A stretch of DNA of 64,000 nt from Paraspadella gotoi (lineage: Eukaryota > Animalia > Chaetognatha): the NCBI GenBank assembly GCA_051294375.1, contig CM119268.1, forward strand, positions 11,654,560-11,718,559, written 5' to 3'. Shown here in pieces: positions 1 to 13,765 of this stretch. Both the position numbers and the translations under genes were made by a program. The notes below the pieces were generated by a model. The model searched no databases and was not told where the DNA came from. It saw only the letters and a list, made by a program, of their open reading frames with translations. How positions within the stretch are numbered: the stretch's first letter is position 1; every line of letters begins with the position of its first letter.

Positions 1-1140
1 AAATGAAAAACACCCAGAAAAATAATAATTTGAATAGATTTTAAACAAGCCCTCAACGTAAAGCCTTTTGCGGATCACTGAGCCGTGAAACAAGGGGCGG
101 AAGCTGCTTTTCCGCCCCGCGGGGATAAAGTCACTCCCGCCCTCCAGGGGTTTTGATTCGCACCCCACCGGGAGGACCGAAGATTCTCAGAGGCAGAGAC
201 AATTTTTGTGAAGTTCACACCGCGCGAAATTCGTCGGCGTGAATCTCCCAAGAAAATAAAATCACCCGTTTTTTTTTATCCCATTGATTTAATTGATTTT
301 ATTTTCGCTAATTTTTTTTTTTAGTCAAAATTGTTTATAGATTTAATATTCATTGGCTAACAAACTCTTCGTTTTAATTTCGTGGCATACTTTTTGAGCG
401 ACTCTTCTTTTATCAGAAGCTTAACAATTAAGACCAGACGAAGGAAAGAGCGAGAGAGAGAGAGATAGCGAAAGAAATAGAATCCTTAGCTTGGGTCGAG
501 CTCGTAGAATAAAAAAAACGAGGTTTCAAAAAGCATAACAATTTTTTTCCCCTTGGTTTATTTCCTTTTTCTTTTGATTAGATTAAAAGTTTATCCCATC
601 AACAGAAGAGATGTTATATCGCCGATCTCGTTTCTCGTCGTCGTCGTTGTCGCCAATCCACAAAATTCCTGGGTACCGGGTCAGATATTAAGTTTCAAAC
701 ATCTTCAATCTTTAACGATTTGACCCGCTATCAAATGCTATGTCAACATACGATGACCTTTCTTAAGTTGTATTAACATTCAACACGATTTGTGAGTCAT
801 TCCAAACTTGTTTGCGCGGTTTAGCGTTTTTACTAATTATGTGGGATTATATATACTTATATATATATGCGTGTTTGCATTTCAGATCTTTTAACATTTT
901 TCAGTTTTACGAGTATCAATTAATTAAGCAACTCATCGCTTTTAATCGACATTTTTTTCTAGTACCATTGTCATACGTTTCTCTACTTGGTTATCACCAA
1001 ATCAAAACAATCTCTGGAATTACTTCCCACCTGATAAACCTTCCATAATTGAATGAAATTGGTACAACCAATATATATTTTATATATGTTATTTTCGTCA
1101 GACAGGTTAACCTTATTTGACAACCTGATTTTCAACTCAC

Positions 1141-1321
1141 CTCCGGAGAATCAACGAGACCAAAGGCTGAAGGCATCTTGTCCGTATTGGGGTCCTTCAA
1201 ATACGGATAGAATACGGATTCTGAGTCCTGACAGTATAGAATGCGGCGGTTGAGTCTTCGGAAATCCTCTTGCACTAATACTAAGGCTTGAGGTCGAGAG
1301 CGGACGAATAATTCGTATTGT
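1141..1321 (-). CDS. Internal coding exon of an unidentified gene (QYELFVRSRPQALVLVQEDFRRLNRRILYCQDSESVFYPYLKDPNTDKMPSAFGLVDSPE)
   Basis: Minus strand: acceptor tcattcaatag|A at 1321 and consensus donor GAG|gtgagt at 1141. Length 181 nt = 1 + 60 codons, stop-free, complex protein-like sequence; the frame stops just inside the intron. Family not recognised. Confidence 0.65.
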
Positions 1322-1948
1322 CTATTGAATGATCGATTCGCGTTATTATTCTCTTTTTTCAAGGGACGAAAAGTAATTTTGGATTGCCGTAAATAGTCAC
1401 GTATTTTGCCAAAAAAAAATACGATGGGTCAATGCTGATTAAATGTGAAAAGACGAGTCATTTCGTCCGCTTTTCCGATGACATCAAAGTCGTTTTGTTT
1501 GGATCAAGTTGAATGTCAATCAGATTCACTGATGTTCAAAGCAAAACTGAGGAAAATTAGAGAATTAGTACGACGTGTCTCTTTTCAACAAGCGTCTGGA
1601 TCTACTAGTTTTATGTTTTTAAACGATACGATTATATTATTTTAATTCACGCTATTTGAAACGATGAGTACATATTCACGAATTATCAGCAAGTTTAAAT
1701 TTTTAGCATCAAACTCGAAACGCGAGAGAAAAAAAAAAGGTTATTTTTTCGCCGATAATTTCTTGTTTTGATCCTCGAATAAAAACTTGTTAAAAAACGA
1801 AAAGCAGAAGAAGAAAATCTTTTTTTTTTCTTCTTTTTAGTTTTTCAAAAAGATGTTGACTACAACCATTCAAAGACTCGGGGTTTGCCCTGGGGCCTAA
1901 AAACAAAGAGAAGGTGATGTACAAAAAAATCCGAGAGAGAGAGAGAGG

Positions 1949-2040
<92 letters not shown>

Positions 2041-2106
2041 CAGAGAGAGAGACAGAAAACAAAAAAAAAACTTATTTAAAGACGGAAAAAAAATCTTGTC
2101 GTTGGT

Positions 2107-2150
2107 GGATTCGAACCCGTGTCTGGAGGGCAGAAATCTACGGCTCAGAA
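2107..2150 (-). mobile_element. Pol III B-box, possible tRNA-derived SINE remnant
   Basis: Perfect GGTTCGAATCC on the minus strand at 2107-2117. No convincing A-box or cloverleaf. Confidence 0.25.
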
Positions 2151-2319
2151 GATGAAATTTGAAGAGGATGACGACGACGGCGACGACAAGGGAAACGATG
2201 AAGAAGAAAAATATGACTGAGAGAGAGAGAGAGTACAGAGAGAGAGTGCGACGAAGGAGAGCGAAGCGACAGTCACGACAGCGGCGGCGATTCCATGTAC
2301 GAAATTCCGAATTGGAAAA

Positions 2320-3655
2320 AGCGAAGTCGCACGAAAGCAAGTCGCGGTTTTTCTTAGAAGGGGGGAAGGCAGCGTGCGAGAGTGGAAGGGGGTTGAGAAA
2401 GGAACTACCCCAGAAAAGGTACGCCGCGGTAAGATAGAGAGAGAGAGAGAGAGCCAGCGAGAGATCGAGAGTGAGAGAGAGAGCGAGATGCCCGGGGCCA
2501 GAATCGGCGGGGACCCCGGAGCGATAGATCATCGGGCATCGCAAGTTGTGTGTGGGGAGGGTTGCCAGCGGCGGTGTGGGAGGAGGACGAGGAGGAGGAG
2601 TTTGAGGAGGAGGAGGAAAAGGAGGAGCTCCTCTTCCCCTCGGGCCGACAGAGGAGCGAGAGAGAGTCGGGGCAGAAGCGCGCTCGCCCTCGGCCTCGCC
2701 TGCGGGGCGGAATCGAGGAGGAGGAGACGGACAAGGTTATTCTAAGTAAAGGAGGAAGAGGGAAGAGGAAAAGGTGAAAGGCGCGCGACGGGAAGTGCTG
2801 ATTGGTCCAGATGAGCAAAATGAAGAAAATGGAGTCGTAGAGGATTTTTGATTGGCCAGAATGGAAGGAAAAGCGAGTGGCCGATTGGACTTAGATGGAA
2901 GTCAAGAAAAAGTAAAGCTTTATCTAGTGTCAAGTAAAGGATGGAACGGATTCGCAAGGAATTATCTCTCTCTCTCTCTCTCTCTCTCTCTAAGAGAGAG
3001 ATAGCGAAGTCGCACGGAAAAGCAAAGTCGCGGTTTTTTCTTAGAAGGGGGGAAGGAGCGTGGAGAGTGGAAGGGGGTTGAGAAAGGAACTACCCCAGAA
3101 AAGGTCGCCGCGGTAAGATAGAGAGAGAGAGAGGAGAGGCCAGCGAGAATCGAGAGTGAGAGAGAGAGCGAGATGCCCGGGGCCAGAATCGGCGGGACAC
3201 CCGGAGCGATAGATCATCGGGCACGCAAGTTGTTGTGGGGAGGGTTGCCAGCGGCGGTGTGGGCAGGAGGACGGAGGAGGAGGAGTTTGAGGAGGAGGAG
3301 GAAAAGGAGGAGCTCCTCTTCCCCTCGGGCCGACAGAGGAGGCGAGAGAGAGTCGGGCAGAAGCGCGGCTCGCCCTCGCTCCGCCTGCGGGGCGGAATCG
3401 AGGAGGAGGAGACGGACACAAGGTTATTCTAAGGTAAAGGAGGAAGAGAGGAAGAGGAAAAGGTGAAAGGCGACGCGACGGGAAGTGCTGATTGGTCCAG
3501 AAGAGCAAAATGAAAGAAAATGGAGTCGTAGAAGGATTTTTGATTGGCCAGAATGGGAAGGAAAAGCGAGTGGCGATTGGACTTAGATGGAAGTCAAGAA
3601 AAAGTAAAGCTTTATCTAGTGTCAAGTAAAGGATGGAACGATATTCGCAAAGGAA

Positions 3656-3700
<45 letters not shown>
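2320..3700 (+). repeat. Direct tandem near-duplication (2320-2990 vs 3003-3700), probably assembly artefact
   Basis: Colinear sequence differing mainly by single-base indels; followed by a 25-N gap. Confidence 0.9.
2785..2892. promoter_or_regulatory. CCAAT-box cluster with ETS-like site, promoter-like (duplicated at ~3475-3582)
   Basis: CTGATTGGTC (ATTGG at 2801), TTGATTGGCC (2851) and CCGATTGGAC (2884) all match the NF-Y reverse consensus; GGAAGTG at 2791; adjacent to a CpG-rich region. Confidence 0.45.
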
Positions 3701-3709
<9 letters not shown>

Positions 3710-3893
3710 TCTCTCGTCTCTCTCTCGTCTCCCTCTGGTAGGAGCAGCTGAAATCTGGATTTGGATTGTTTCATGGGGAAAAGTTGCACAAGGCATATGC
3801 ACATTCTTCTATGTCGCAAACGCGCAAATGGATCTCAGCGTCTTATCCCTTATCACCCGACGTGGTTCNNNNNNNNNNNNNNNNNNNNNNNNN

Positions 3894-3929
<36 letters not shown>

Positions 3930-5048
3930 AGAGAGATTAAAGAAACGTTAATGCGGGGGTAAGAAAGTGGTCCAAAAGTGGACCTCGATTGAGAATTTGG
4001 CCTTCGTCGAAAAAGATTTTGTGGACGAAAGAAAAATGTTCTCAACGAAAATGCGTGAGGAGTGAGAGAGAGGGAGAGAGATAATAGAGAGTGAGAGAAC
4101 GAAAACGGCTTTAATTTTCTTTAATAATAAATCTTTAAAAAACAGTCATTTAATTTCGAATGCTTAACAAATTTTTAGTATTCTAAATATTTTATTTCTA
4201 CTAACTTCTCTCAATTTTTTTATTTCGCAATGTAGCCCATCCTTTTTTTTTAGAAACCAAGAGTAACCTAATTTTCTTAAATCATTTTTCTTGACATCAT
4301 TTGTCAATACTTTCTTGTCTTTTTTAAAATACTGTCAGTCGATCCCAATCATTCATATTTTTCACAATTATCTCTATTAGTAAGTATTCTTTCGCTAAAA
4401 TTCATAGTATTTTCTCTTAAAGGTTACTTTTTAAAATGAATATAGTATTAATTCTCCGAAAGCTCTCGGGATTTTAATTTTTAAGTATTCCGTTTGGTAA
4501 AGAAAATTTCTATTAAAAATGTTATTTTTGCTCAGTTTTTTAGTTTCTTGTATTTGAAAGTGAGGCAATACCAATTTTAGAATGAGCTACACTTTTTGTT
4601 TGAATTCTTCTTGAATATTTCGACGAAGAGCATTAGCAGTTATCTCATACTGCTTTTAATTTATCATATTTACGGAATATCTATCATTACTCGTCAAAAT
4701 AACTAATACAAATCCTACGATGTTGAACAAAAAAGTTCCTTCGGTTCTTGTAAAGGAAAGTCATTAGAAATAGCTTGGGGTCATTAGAAATAGTTAACCC
4801 CGAGGCCGAGATACAACTTAATTTAATTAAAGTTTAATTGGCGAAGGGGGATTATTTATTAGAAGCTCAGGCAAAAGAGGGAGGACTCGGGGAATATGGA
4901 CGATGAGACATCACATCGCGTTATCGAATATATGTGAGGCTAAAAATGAAAGGTTAATAATGGGACATCAGAAAGTTTACAATTACAAAGGGAGAGAGAG
5001 AGAGAGGATGAGAGAGGAGAGAGAGAGAGAGGAGAGAGAGGAGAGAAG

Positions 5049-5083
<35 letters not shown>

Positions 5084-6370
5084 GAGAGAGAGACAGACAG
5101 ACAGGAAGAGTAGCGCCAGAGAGATAAAAATTTTTAGGATAGAATTCTTTTCCAAAAAAAAAAAAAATAATGATCCAGTTTTTTTAAATAAAAGATAAAG
5201 AAGGACAAATAAGATAAATAAAAAGAATAATGTATCCAAGGAGAGACGCAACGGACTGAAAAAAAAAAAGACTTGGAAAGAGGACAAGAAAATCGATTTC
5301 ATTCCCTTCGCTTATTGAATAAGTTATTCCCTATTTTTTATAAAACAAATTCCACTAAAGAAACTTAGGATTCTTTGTTGATTTGGACGACATCGTTGGA
5401 GACGACGAAGACGACGATAACGACGACGATAACGACGACCAATATGATCGACTGTTCGAGGATAATGACGATGACAATAAACTCGGGCCAGACGATTGCG
5501 ACCATCTCGATGGACAGAATTGTAGGTTGGACTCTGGACAGAGAGATCGATCGGAGGAATGAACGAAGATCACGCAGCGTTATGACAGTCGTCGTCGTCG
5601 TCGTCTTTATTGCTATTGTTAAAACCGTTTTTACGAATATACTTTCTTCACAGGACTTTGTCATTATCTTGGCATTAAAATCTAACAATTACGATGATTT
5701 TATAATAAGTTCGTAGGATTAAAAGCGAAAGACAAATTAATAAGGAAAAGAAAAAGACGATCATGAGGAAGCCGCCGACGACCACAGTGAAACGACTGAG
5801 ACGACGACAACGACAACGACAACGACGACAACAACAACGACAACGACAACGACGAGGACGATGACCACCGCATCGAAGAGAAAAAAAAACTATTTATCTT
5901 GAATGAACCCGGCGAAAATAAGAAAAAAAATTTCAAGATGGCGATCGCGATAAGGAGAAAGAATGAAAAGGAATAAATAAAGAACAACAATGAAAACAAA
6001 GGCATCGAATGTCGCGTTATAAGGGTGGGAAAAAAGGAAAGAAAAAAATAATAATACAAAAGTCTCCCTTAAAAAAAATTTAAAAGAGAGACTAAAGAAA
6101 ACAGACAAAATAATTTAATGATTCGAATTCTCGACGCATCGTCTCTCCCACAAAATATTTTAAAAACCATGTACGATTTGATATCACAAAAACTCCTGCT
6201 ACTACTACTAATATTTTAAAAATATAATCGCCCTAAAATCGTAACATTAACTAATATTATCAAAAGAAAACGACAATAAAAAAAACAACACAAGAACAAA
6301 AAAAAAGGAAAGGACGAAAAAAAAAACAAAACAAACAAACAAAGAAAACAACATTGTCAAGTCAACTCAC

Positions 6371-6966
6371 TCCTTCGTTTTCTTTGGTCCTCATCCTTTC
6401 GACGCTAGGATTCGCGCCGGCGACGCCGCTTTTACCGTCACCGACGCCGCCCGGCGAGTCGGCGACGAAATCGCCGCCTGAAACGACGCCCAAAAGTGAG
6501 GCGCCTTCTATCATCGAACCGGCGTCGTTTTGGCGGCGCCCTTGCGAGGACGCGGCGTCCCCGACGTTTCTGACAGCGTTGTTAGACGCGGCGTCACATG
6601 TTTTGTCGCCACCGAAATGTCGATTAAACGTTGACGTCGACGGCGTCAAAGATGGAGAGATATGAAGAAAAGGCGAGCGAGGAATCTGGCGACGATGTTG
6701 ATGATGATGACGATGATGATGATGATTGTGACGGCGATCTCCGACCACCGGAGCGTCACCGCGAGTGTCGTCCGCCGTCACCCCCAGGGTCCTTTCCTCT
6801 TCCTCATCCCCCTCAGCGAAGACCCGGTGGTGGGCGGATACGAGTGGGATCGGGTGGCGAGGAAGAGGAGGAGGAAGAATCGGATGTAACGCAGTAGTGA
6901 GGAAACGAGTCGAGTTCCCGGATGTCATTGGAATCGATGTGGATTGCTCTGAGCGCATCCTCGGTG
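6371..6966 (-). CDS. Candidate large coding exon, Pro/His/acidic-rich disordered segment
   Basis: 198-codon open frame in a GC-rich island flanked by AT-rich DNA, ending at a consensus donor GGA|gtgagt (6371/6370). Weak acceptor (ttacaag) near 6967 with a TACTAA branch-like motif upstream. Same strand as the 1141-1321 exon. 5' boundary uncertain. Confidence 0.5.
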
Positions 6967-7929
6967 CTTGTAACGCGTTAATTTTTAGTAAATATTATTG
7001 ATAAAACATTTATTTTCAAATTTTCGCGGTATTTTCGTTGAGTTTTAAGGCGATGTCGCCATTCGACTTTTATTCGATCGGGAAAGTCAAATCGTTCCGA
7101 AAAAACGGGTTGTACTGTAACCTGTTCCGTTTTCCAGTTATGATTATTATTCCGAAATCGTTATTACTGTTACTACTGTCGCGAAAAAAAATTTTAATGG
7201 ATTATATCTGAAAGATTTTGTGACCTCGCGTCCGGTCATTTAGCTAACCTTTTCAGATCAGTCTTTTCACCGTTCTAGTCGCTTTCTTGTAACTTTCTTT
7301 TAGCTGAAATACTAATATTTAGCTAACTCTAGGGCGAGATTTCTCGTCCCTGAGTGTAATTGAGTAATGGGTGTCTTCTCTTCAACCAGATTTTCCGAAG
7401 ATCGAGTCTCTCTCATCCCCGGACCACAAAATTTCGACTCGAAGTCACAAAAGTGGCCAGACCCGTTTCCCTTTTTTTTCCTTTTAATTTCTCGGTCCGA
7501 ATAAATTTGTTCGCCCGACGCTCGAATACGCACACTTGATTAATCCACACAGTGATAATTTTGTGGTTTTTTTTTATTTTTTTTTTCTTCAAAAAAGGGG
7601 AATTCTTACTTTGATTATTACGGGTCGATGGTGTGGAAAGGAAATTGGGAGATTTGTCGACTGGGATCGTTCAAAAAGAGAAAAACACAGATTAAAGAAA
7701 GAAAGAAAAAAAAGAGAAAGAAAGAAAGAAAGAAAGAAATTGATGAATTGAATAAAAAAACAAAAAAAAAAACAAAAAAAAACAAGTTACATAAACAAGA
7801 ACGGTGATTTCAATGTGTTGCGCTGTAGTGATTTTATTTTCAAGAGTATTTCTATTTGATCACATGAAATGATATGACATGACATCATTTAGATTTGAGG
7901 TTTTTCTGTCTTAACAAATGAGCAACCAA

Positions 7930-8058
7930 CTGTAGGCGAATTACAAGCATTTTTAGCATAAGTGGGACAGACAGACGGTCAGACATACAGACCAACAGAC
8001 AGACAGACAGACAGACCGAAAAGTGACTTATAGAGTTGCTCCCCGAGTACTAAAAAAA
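7930..8058 (-). mobile_element. End of a DINE-1/HINE-like (Helentron-associated) non-autonomous element
   Basis: Minus strand reads TTTTTAGTACTCGGGGAGCAACTCTATAAGTCACTTTTCGG(TCTG)n...CCCACTTATGCTAAAAATG: a T-run, imperfect terminal hairpin and (GTCY)n microsatellite. The post-microsatellite sequence resembles 59415-59455 and 60490-60530. A related terminus (TTTTAGTCGCGCGTCACTCGATT) lies at ~54593-54620. Confidence 0.5.
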
Positions 8059-11000
8059 ATAAGAAAAGAAAGAATAAAAAAGAAGATATTTCGGCTCGCG
8101 TGGACGAAGACAAAGACCAAGGAAGAGACTTTCTCCAAACTGGTTTGCGACTCTTTCCTTTTTTGTTGTCTGATCAGAGCCGAAGTTTTAAGTCAGAAAA
8201 AGGGAAAAGATAGAAAGAGAAAAACGGAAAAGAGGAGAGAAACCTTTTGACGTTTCGTCATTGTCAAAAGGAGAAAGATGACGTTCAAGAATGACAGAAC
8301 GACATTGTGACATTGAGGCCGCGTGACAGAGTGGCAGCGTAACAGAGTGGCATAGCGAACATTAACGTTGGAATTACTGGAGATTTGATCCAAGTTCTTC
8401 GATTATGTCAAAGCGACCAATGAACACAAACTCCAGACTTCTCGTAAATCAGAGATAAACCGGCCCAAAAATGACCCTAAAAAAAACTGATCAATAACGG
8501 ATCAAAAATACGACGAAATCGAAATCATAAACGTCGACGAAAAATGCGAGGAATAGATAGATCTTGATTTTTCTCTGAAGTCAGAATGCGACCGACTCGA
8601 TATGTAATTGGAGATAACAGACCCAGGGAGATGAACTGTATATATGAAGGGTAAATGACGATTGTTGCAAGTTTTTATCGTTTAGATTTATCGTACTGAT
8701 ATTCCCGAAAATGTGTTTGACAGGAAAAGTGTTTTCAATTCAAGCGACAATTTCAAAATGAAAGTAGAAATAATAAAAACCCTGTCTACTACGATTTCCG
8801 TGAGGCCCTTTCCTATGAGTTGAACACGAATCGGCTTTTGGATTGAATCCGATTCCCGGGTCTCAATTCGTCTCTCACTTGACAAGTGACAAGGATAACG
8901 ACCGGCGCGATTATTATCAGAATCTTTCCCGTCAATTGCGTTGCATCGATCACTTTTGGTGACAGATTTATGACAGCTATTGCGAGCGTTTCATTGACGT
9001 AAGATAATTTCTGACTATAAATGACGTATTGTATTTTGCACCGATTGATTGGTCAAATGAGTTATCTGTTATGCGTTGAACGTTAGCTAAGTTTTACGGT
9101 GCGCACTTTGCGGTAAAGACCGACACATATAAGTATATACTATCTCTTCCGAAGTCCATTGTATAGTAAGAGGGACAAACGCCGCAGAGGTCAAATCTTA
9201 ATCTTCGACGTTGACCAATCACAGTTGCTGCATTCTAGCCAATCCGCTGTAAAAGAATTTGAATTACGAAAAACGAGCAGAGCGAAAATAATTATGAAAG
9301 ACAGACTGACCGGGATTATTTGATAGAGTAGGACTAATTAATTTTTCGAAGTCAGGCTTTATTTGAGCATCTCACAAATTAGTAGATGCCATTTAAAGTA
9401 TGTTTTACTATGCAGCAGTGTTAAGAGGTTATATTTTCTCCTTCCAGTCGCCTTCAAAACTTGTTCTGACCGCAACATTCTGAATAATTAGCAGCAGAAC
9501 AAGAAAAACACTACAGAGCATTAAGAAGGGAAAAAAAGAAGAAAAAAAGAGAAAAAAGAAAAGAAAAGAAAGAAAGATGAACGATAAAAGGATGCGTCTG
9601 AGATGAGACAAAGGATTAAAAACCCCAATGCACGCGAAAACCTCTCGAAGATGATGGAAGAGATAATTGCGAAGAGCGAAGGACGAAATGAAAATATCTG
9701 GAACGACCACAACGACAACAACGACAACGACTACTATAACAACGATCAAAGACAACGACAACGAAGGTACAACGAAGAGAGAGAAAAAAAGGAAAAAAAA
9801 ACATAAACGTCTTCGATTCGAACGTTCAAAACCGATTAACTGTCAAAAGTGTTTAATCTTCATCTTCCCCTTTTTTTTTTCTTTTTTCTAAAGGAAAAAG
9901 AAAAATCGCAAATGTCTTCACTCTTTCTTCCTCCGTTAAATTATGGATCCCGAAAGAGGCGGCGCCGAATCAAAAGTCTTTGAAATGATCCAATAAAAAC
10001 ATAAATAACCAAGAATTAAGTTTTAAGTAATTAACGCAAAGAATGAAAAAAACTTGGAGACGTATATAACGTCGGGCCGGCGGGGCGAATTCGTTTTGAC
10101 TCTCATTTTCCCGGTGTACCTTCGTCGCAGCTTCGGGGCATCATTTTTCCCCGGGTTTTCCCGTCACTCAATTTTTTTTTCCTTTTTCTTTCTTTCTTTC
10201 TTTTTTTTTAAAGATTTTGTTCGAATTTAAAATTAAGTTGGTGATCGCAGCGGCGGCGCGGTGCTGCCGCGTTGCCCGGCGGCGAGGCCGGCGGTTATTC
10301 GCGTGCCGAGGAAACTTGACTTTAACTTTGAAATTCATTCTTAAAATTATCTTAATTACAAAGACGTCATTTCGAAAGCCTTTTAATTATTTACAATTTT
10401 AATGTGCGTAATTATAAACAATTTTACAAAAGTCACCGAGTTTTATTCAATCGGTGCAACCAATATAAAAATTATCGATTCATTAAATATGGAAAATACC
10501 TTGTTCCTGAATTTTGACAGTGAATGAAAATTATTGACTTGAAATTATTGAAATTATTGATTAGTTGAAAACAAATGAAATTTAAATGAAATTGAAACAT
10601 GATCTTCTAATGAACGATTTTCTGTTTAAAAGAGCTTCTGATTGGTTTATTCCTAGCGCCGAGTTTTAATGACTTGAATGGATTTTGTTTTTAAGTAGGT
10701 CCTTGTTTTAACTTTGAGAGGACGTCTTGACTGATTGATTCTCAAAATCATTGGATAAAGAAAAGAAAAGGAAAGGACGAGAGAGCAGAAAGAGTGATGA
10801 GAGAGAGAAGAGGAGAGAGAGGAGAGACAAGAAGAAGAGAGACGAGATGAAGAGAGAGAGAGAGAATATATAATTTTTCACCAACAATTATACATATATC
10901 TGAAGATAAACAAAACATTCACAATCCTAATTTTGACCAATTTTTTGCCCCACTCGGTCAGAAAAGCCAAGTCGTCTCTCATGTCATCGTCTCCGTTGTT

Positions 11001-11059
11001 TTCCTAAACGAATTCTAAACCGTAATTAAAGAATACATCGTCTTTGACGTCATCGATGG

Positions 11060-11104
<45 letters not shown>

Positions 11105-11232
11105 ACAGCGTCACGATTCCTTTGCAATGGAATCGAAATGAAGAACTCAGATGATGACTTTTGTTTCGCTTCGGCGCCCAACGTCAATAAAGAGAAAAGA
11201 AAATCCTCTCCTCGCTGGTCACCCTTGACTGG

Positions 11233-11294
<62 letters not shown>

Positions 11295-11509
11295 AATTAT
11301 TCAGTTTTAACGTCATCGTCACCCACGACTGCAGTCGGGGTTTCATCTTTTTCTTTTTTCCATTTCTTTTTTTCTTCCCTTTATCGATCTAATTTGTAGT
11401 TGTAATATGTATATTTATGTCTATGTAGACAGATAAGGATTAAAAGAGAATTTCTCAAATTTACTTACCATTTCGAAACACAAGCTGCCTCACCACTGAT
11501 TCTAGGCAA

Positions 11510-11700
11510 GTCGCAATGGCTCAGCGAGCTATCTTATCTTAACCGTCCCTTCCGTCTTCAAATCCCGGGGGGGCGGGGGGGGCCTCCCCCTTTGCTTGAA
11601 AAGAGAGATGGTACGAGTACATCCGCGCCTCTGGTTAGTGGCGAACCACTAAGGGTCTGATGTCCCTAATGCTTGCCGCTAAGATGTCTCTCGCCCCGCG
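11510..11700 (+). mobile_element. Possible tRNA-derived SINE remnant
   Basis: A-box-like TGGCTCAGCG (~11517) and B-box-like CTTCAAATCCC (~11556) about 40 nt apart, followed by a GC-rich body with hairpin TTAGTGG-CGAA-CCACTAA (~11634-11651). Confidence 0.25.
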
Positions 11701-12404
11701 TATTACGAGTGATTCCTAACATTGTTAAACTATCCAATTACCTATTTCTTAACGAACAAACTTTATCTCTTTAAATTTAAATTAATACGTTGAACACCAA
11801 AATTCATGACGGAGCGCCGTTTCAGCTCAAACGTTGGTGTTTTCTCTAGCGGCCAAACCGAACGTTTGTGAGTTTTAACAAAAATATATGAAATAAAACC
11901 ATAATTACACTTCATAACGTCCTAAAGCCCGACTAGTAGATGCAGGGCTTTGATTCACCTCACAGCTCATTTTCTTTTATAGACATCCTTCAATGTGTTT
12001 GTAAACTCGGCGTCGTTACATCTTAATTTTGCCTCCAACTAATAACATTCTTCAAAATTAGATAAAAAAAAATCGTTTACCTGCAGAGAAAACATTTCCA
12101 GCGTCATGGAGATGGCTGAAGTGTCAGAAGGTAATGACAGAAGCGATGAAAGAAGCGCTGATAGAGGCGGCTTAGGACGCGCCCTTTTTCAATCTTTCTT
12201 TTTCCTCAGTTTTCTTTGTTTATTTTTTCGAGTTTCAACAAAACTTGGTTTCCACTTGAAATTCATTCGAGTTTTTCCTCTTTATTGCCGACGACCATAT
12301 TTAAAAAAAAAGGAAAAGAAAAATGTTTCTTTTTAATTTTATTTTTTATAATTTTTTCTGTCCACTTGTGAGAGGAAAGACGATAATCTTGTTATGAACA
12401 AAGA

Positions 12405-12438
<34 letters not shown>

Positions 12439-13734
12439 AATTTTCAATGAGGTCCAATCATTGTAGGTGAGATGATTGCCAATCTTTTTTTTTTTTTGTT
12501 CGGAGCGCTTTCTCTTTTTTCCTTCTTTCTTTTAACTCTTTTTCACTCTCTCTCACTCTCTTTCTTTGTTCACCGATTTGCCGCTCGGGTCCTCGAGCTG
12601 CACCCTCTCGACGCGTTTGAAGAGCCGCTTGGAGGGCGCCCTTGGAGAGCGCTTAAATCCCCCCTCGCTCTCTTTTCTCTCTCTCTCTCTCTCGAAGTGC
12701 CGCACCGAAGTCCTTTTTTTTCCTCCCCCGAATGCGGATAGAAATCGGAGAGGCAAATGGGAGAGAAAAGGGAGAAATGGGTCCTTGAGACGAGATGGAG
12801 ATGAAGAGGGTTGGGCGATTTGATTGGTTGTTGATTGGTGGTTGATTGGTCGTTGGCGACCGCTGGTTGGTAGTTTAGTAAGATTTAAGAAATTATCGGG
12901 GGATGAACAGAAGGCGTTGGTTCTTAGTTGGTTGGCGACGTTGCTCGTTGGTTCTAAGTTCGTTAGCAATAATAAAATGAAAGTCTTGAATGTCCTTGAT
13001 AGATATGGATGAGATTAGAAGATTAAGATNNNNNNNNNNNNNNNNNNNNNNNNNNNNNNNNNNNNNNNNNNNNNNNNNNNNNNNNNNNNNNNNNNNNNNN
13101 NNNNNNNNNNNNNNNNNNNNNNNNNNNNNNNNNNNNNNNNNNNNNNNNNNNNNNNNNNNNNNNNNNNNNNNNNNNNNNNNNNNNNNNNNNNNNNNNNNNN
13201 NNNNNNNNNNNNNNNNNNNNNNNNNNNNNNNNNNNNNNNNNNNNNNNNNNNNNNNNNNNNNNNNNNNNNNNNNNNNNNNNNNNNNNNNNNNNNNNNNNNN
13301 NNNNNNNNNNNNNNNNNNNNNNNNNNNNNNNNNNNNNNNNNNNNNNNNNNNNNNNNNNNNNNNNNNNNNNNNNNNNNNNNNNNNNNNNNNNNNNNNNNNN
13401 NNNNNNNNNNNNNNNNNNNNNNNNNNNNNNNNNNNNNNNNNNNNNNNNNNNNNNNNNNNNNNNNNNNNNNNNNNNNNNNNNNNNNNNNNNNNNNNNNNNN
13501 NNNNNNNNNNNNNNNNNNNNNNNNNNNNNNNNNNNNNNNNNNNNNNNNNNNNNNNNNNNNNNNNNNNNNNNNNNNNNNNNNNNNNNNNNNNNNNNNNNNN
13601 NNNNNNNNNNNNNNNNNNNNNNNNNNNNNNNNNNNNNNNNNNNNNNNNNNNNNNNNNNNNNNNNNNNNNNNNNNNNNNNNNNNNNNNNNNNNNNNNNNNN
13701 NNNNNNNNNNNNNNNNNNNNNNNNNNNNNNNNNN

Positions 13735-13765
<31 letters not shown>

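Noticed and set aside
2095-2170. Intact tRNA gene
   Set aside because: Only a B-box is present; no acceptor, D or anticodon stems could be formed.
1790-2437. Long ERERER / SLSLSL ORFs here and throughout the window
   Set aside because: Translations of (GA)n/(CT)n microsatellites, which lack stop codons.
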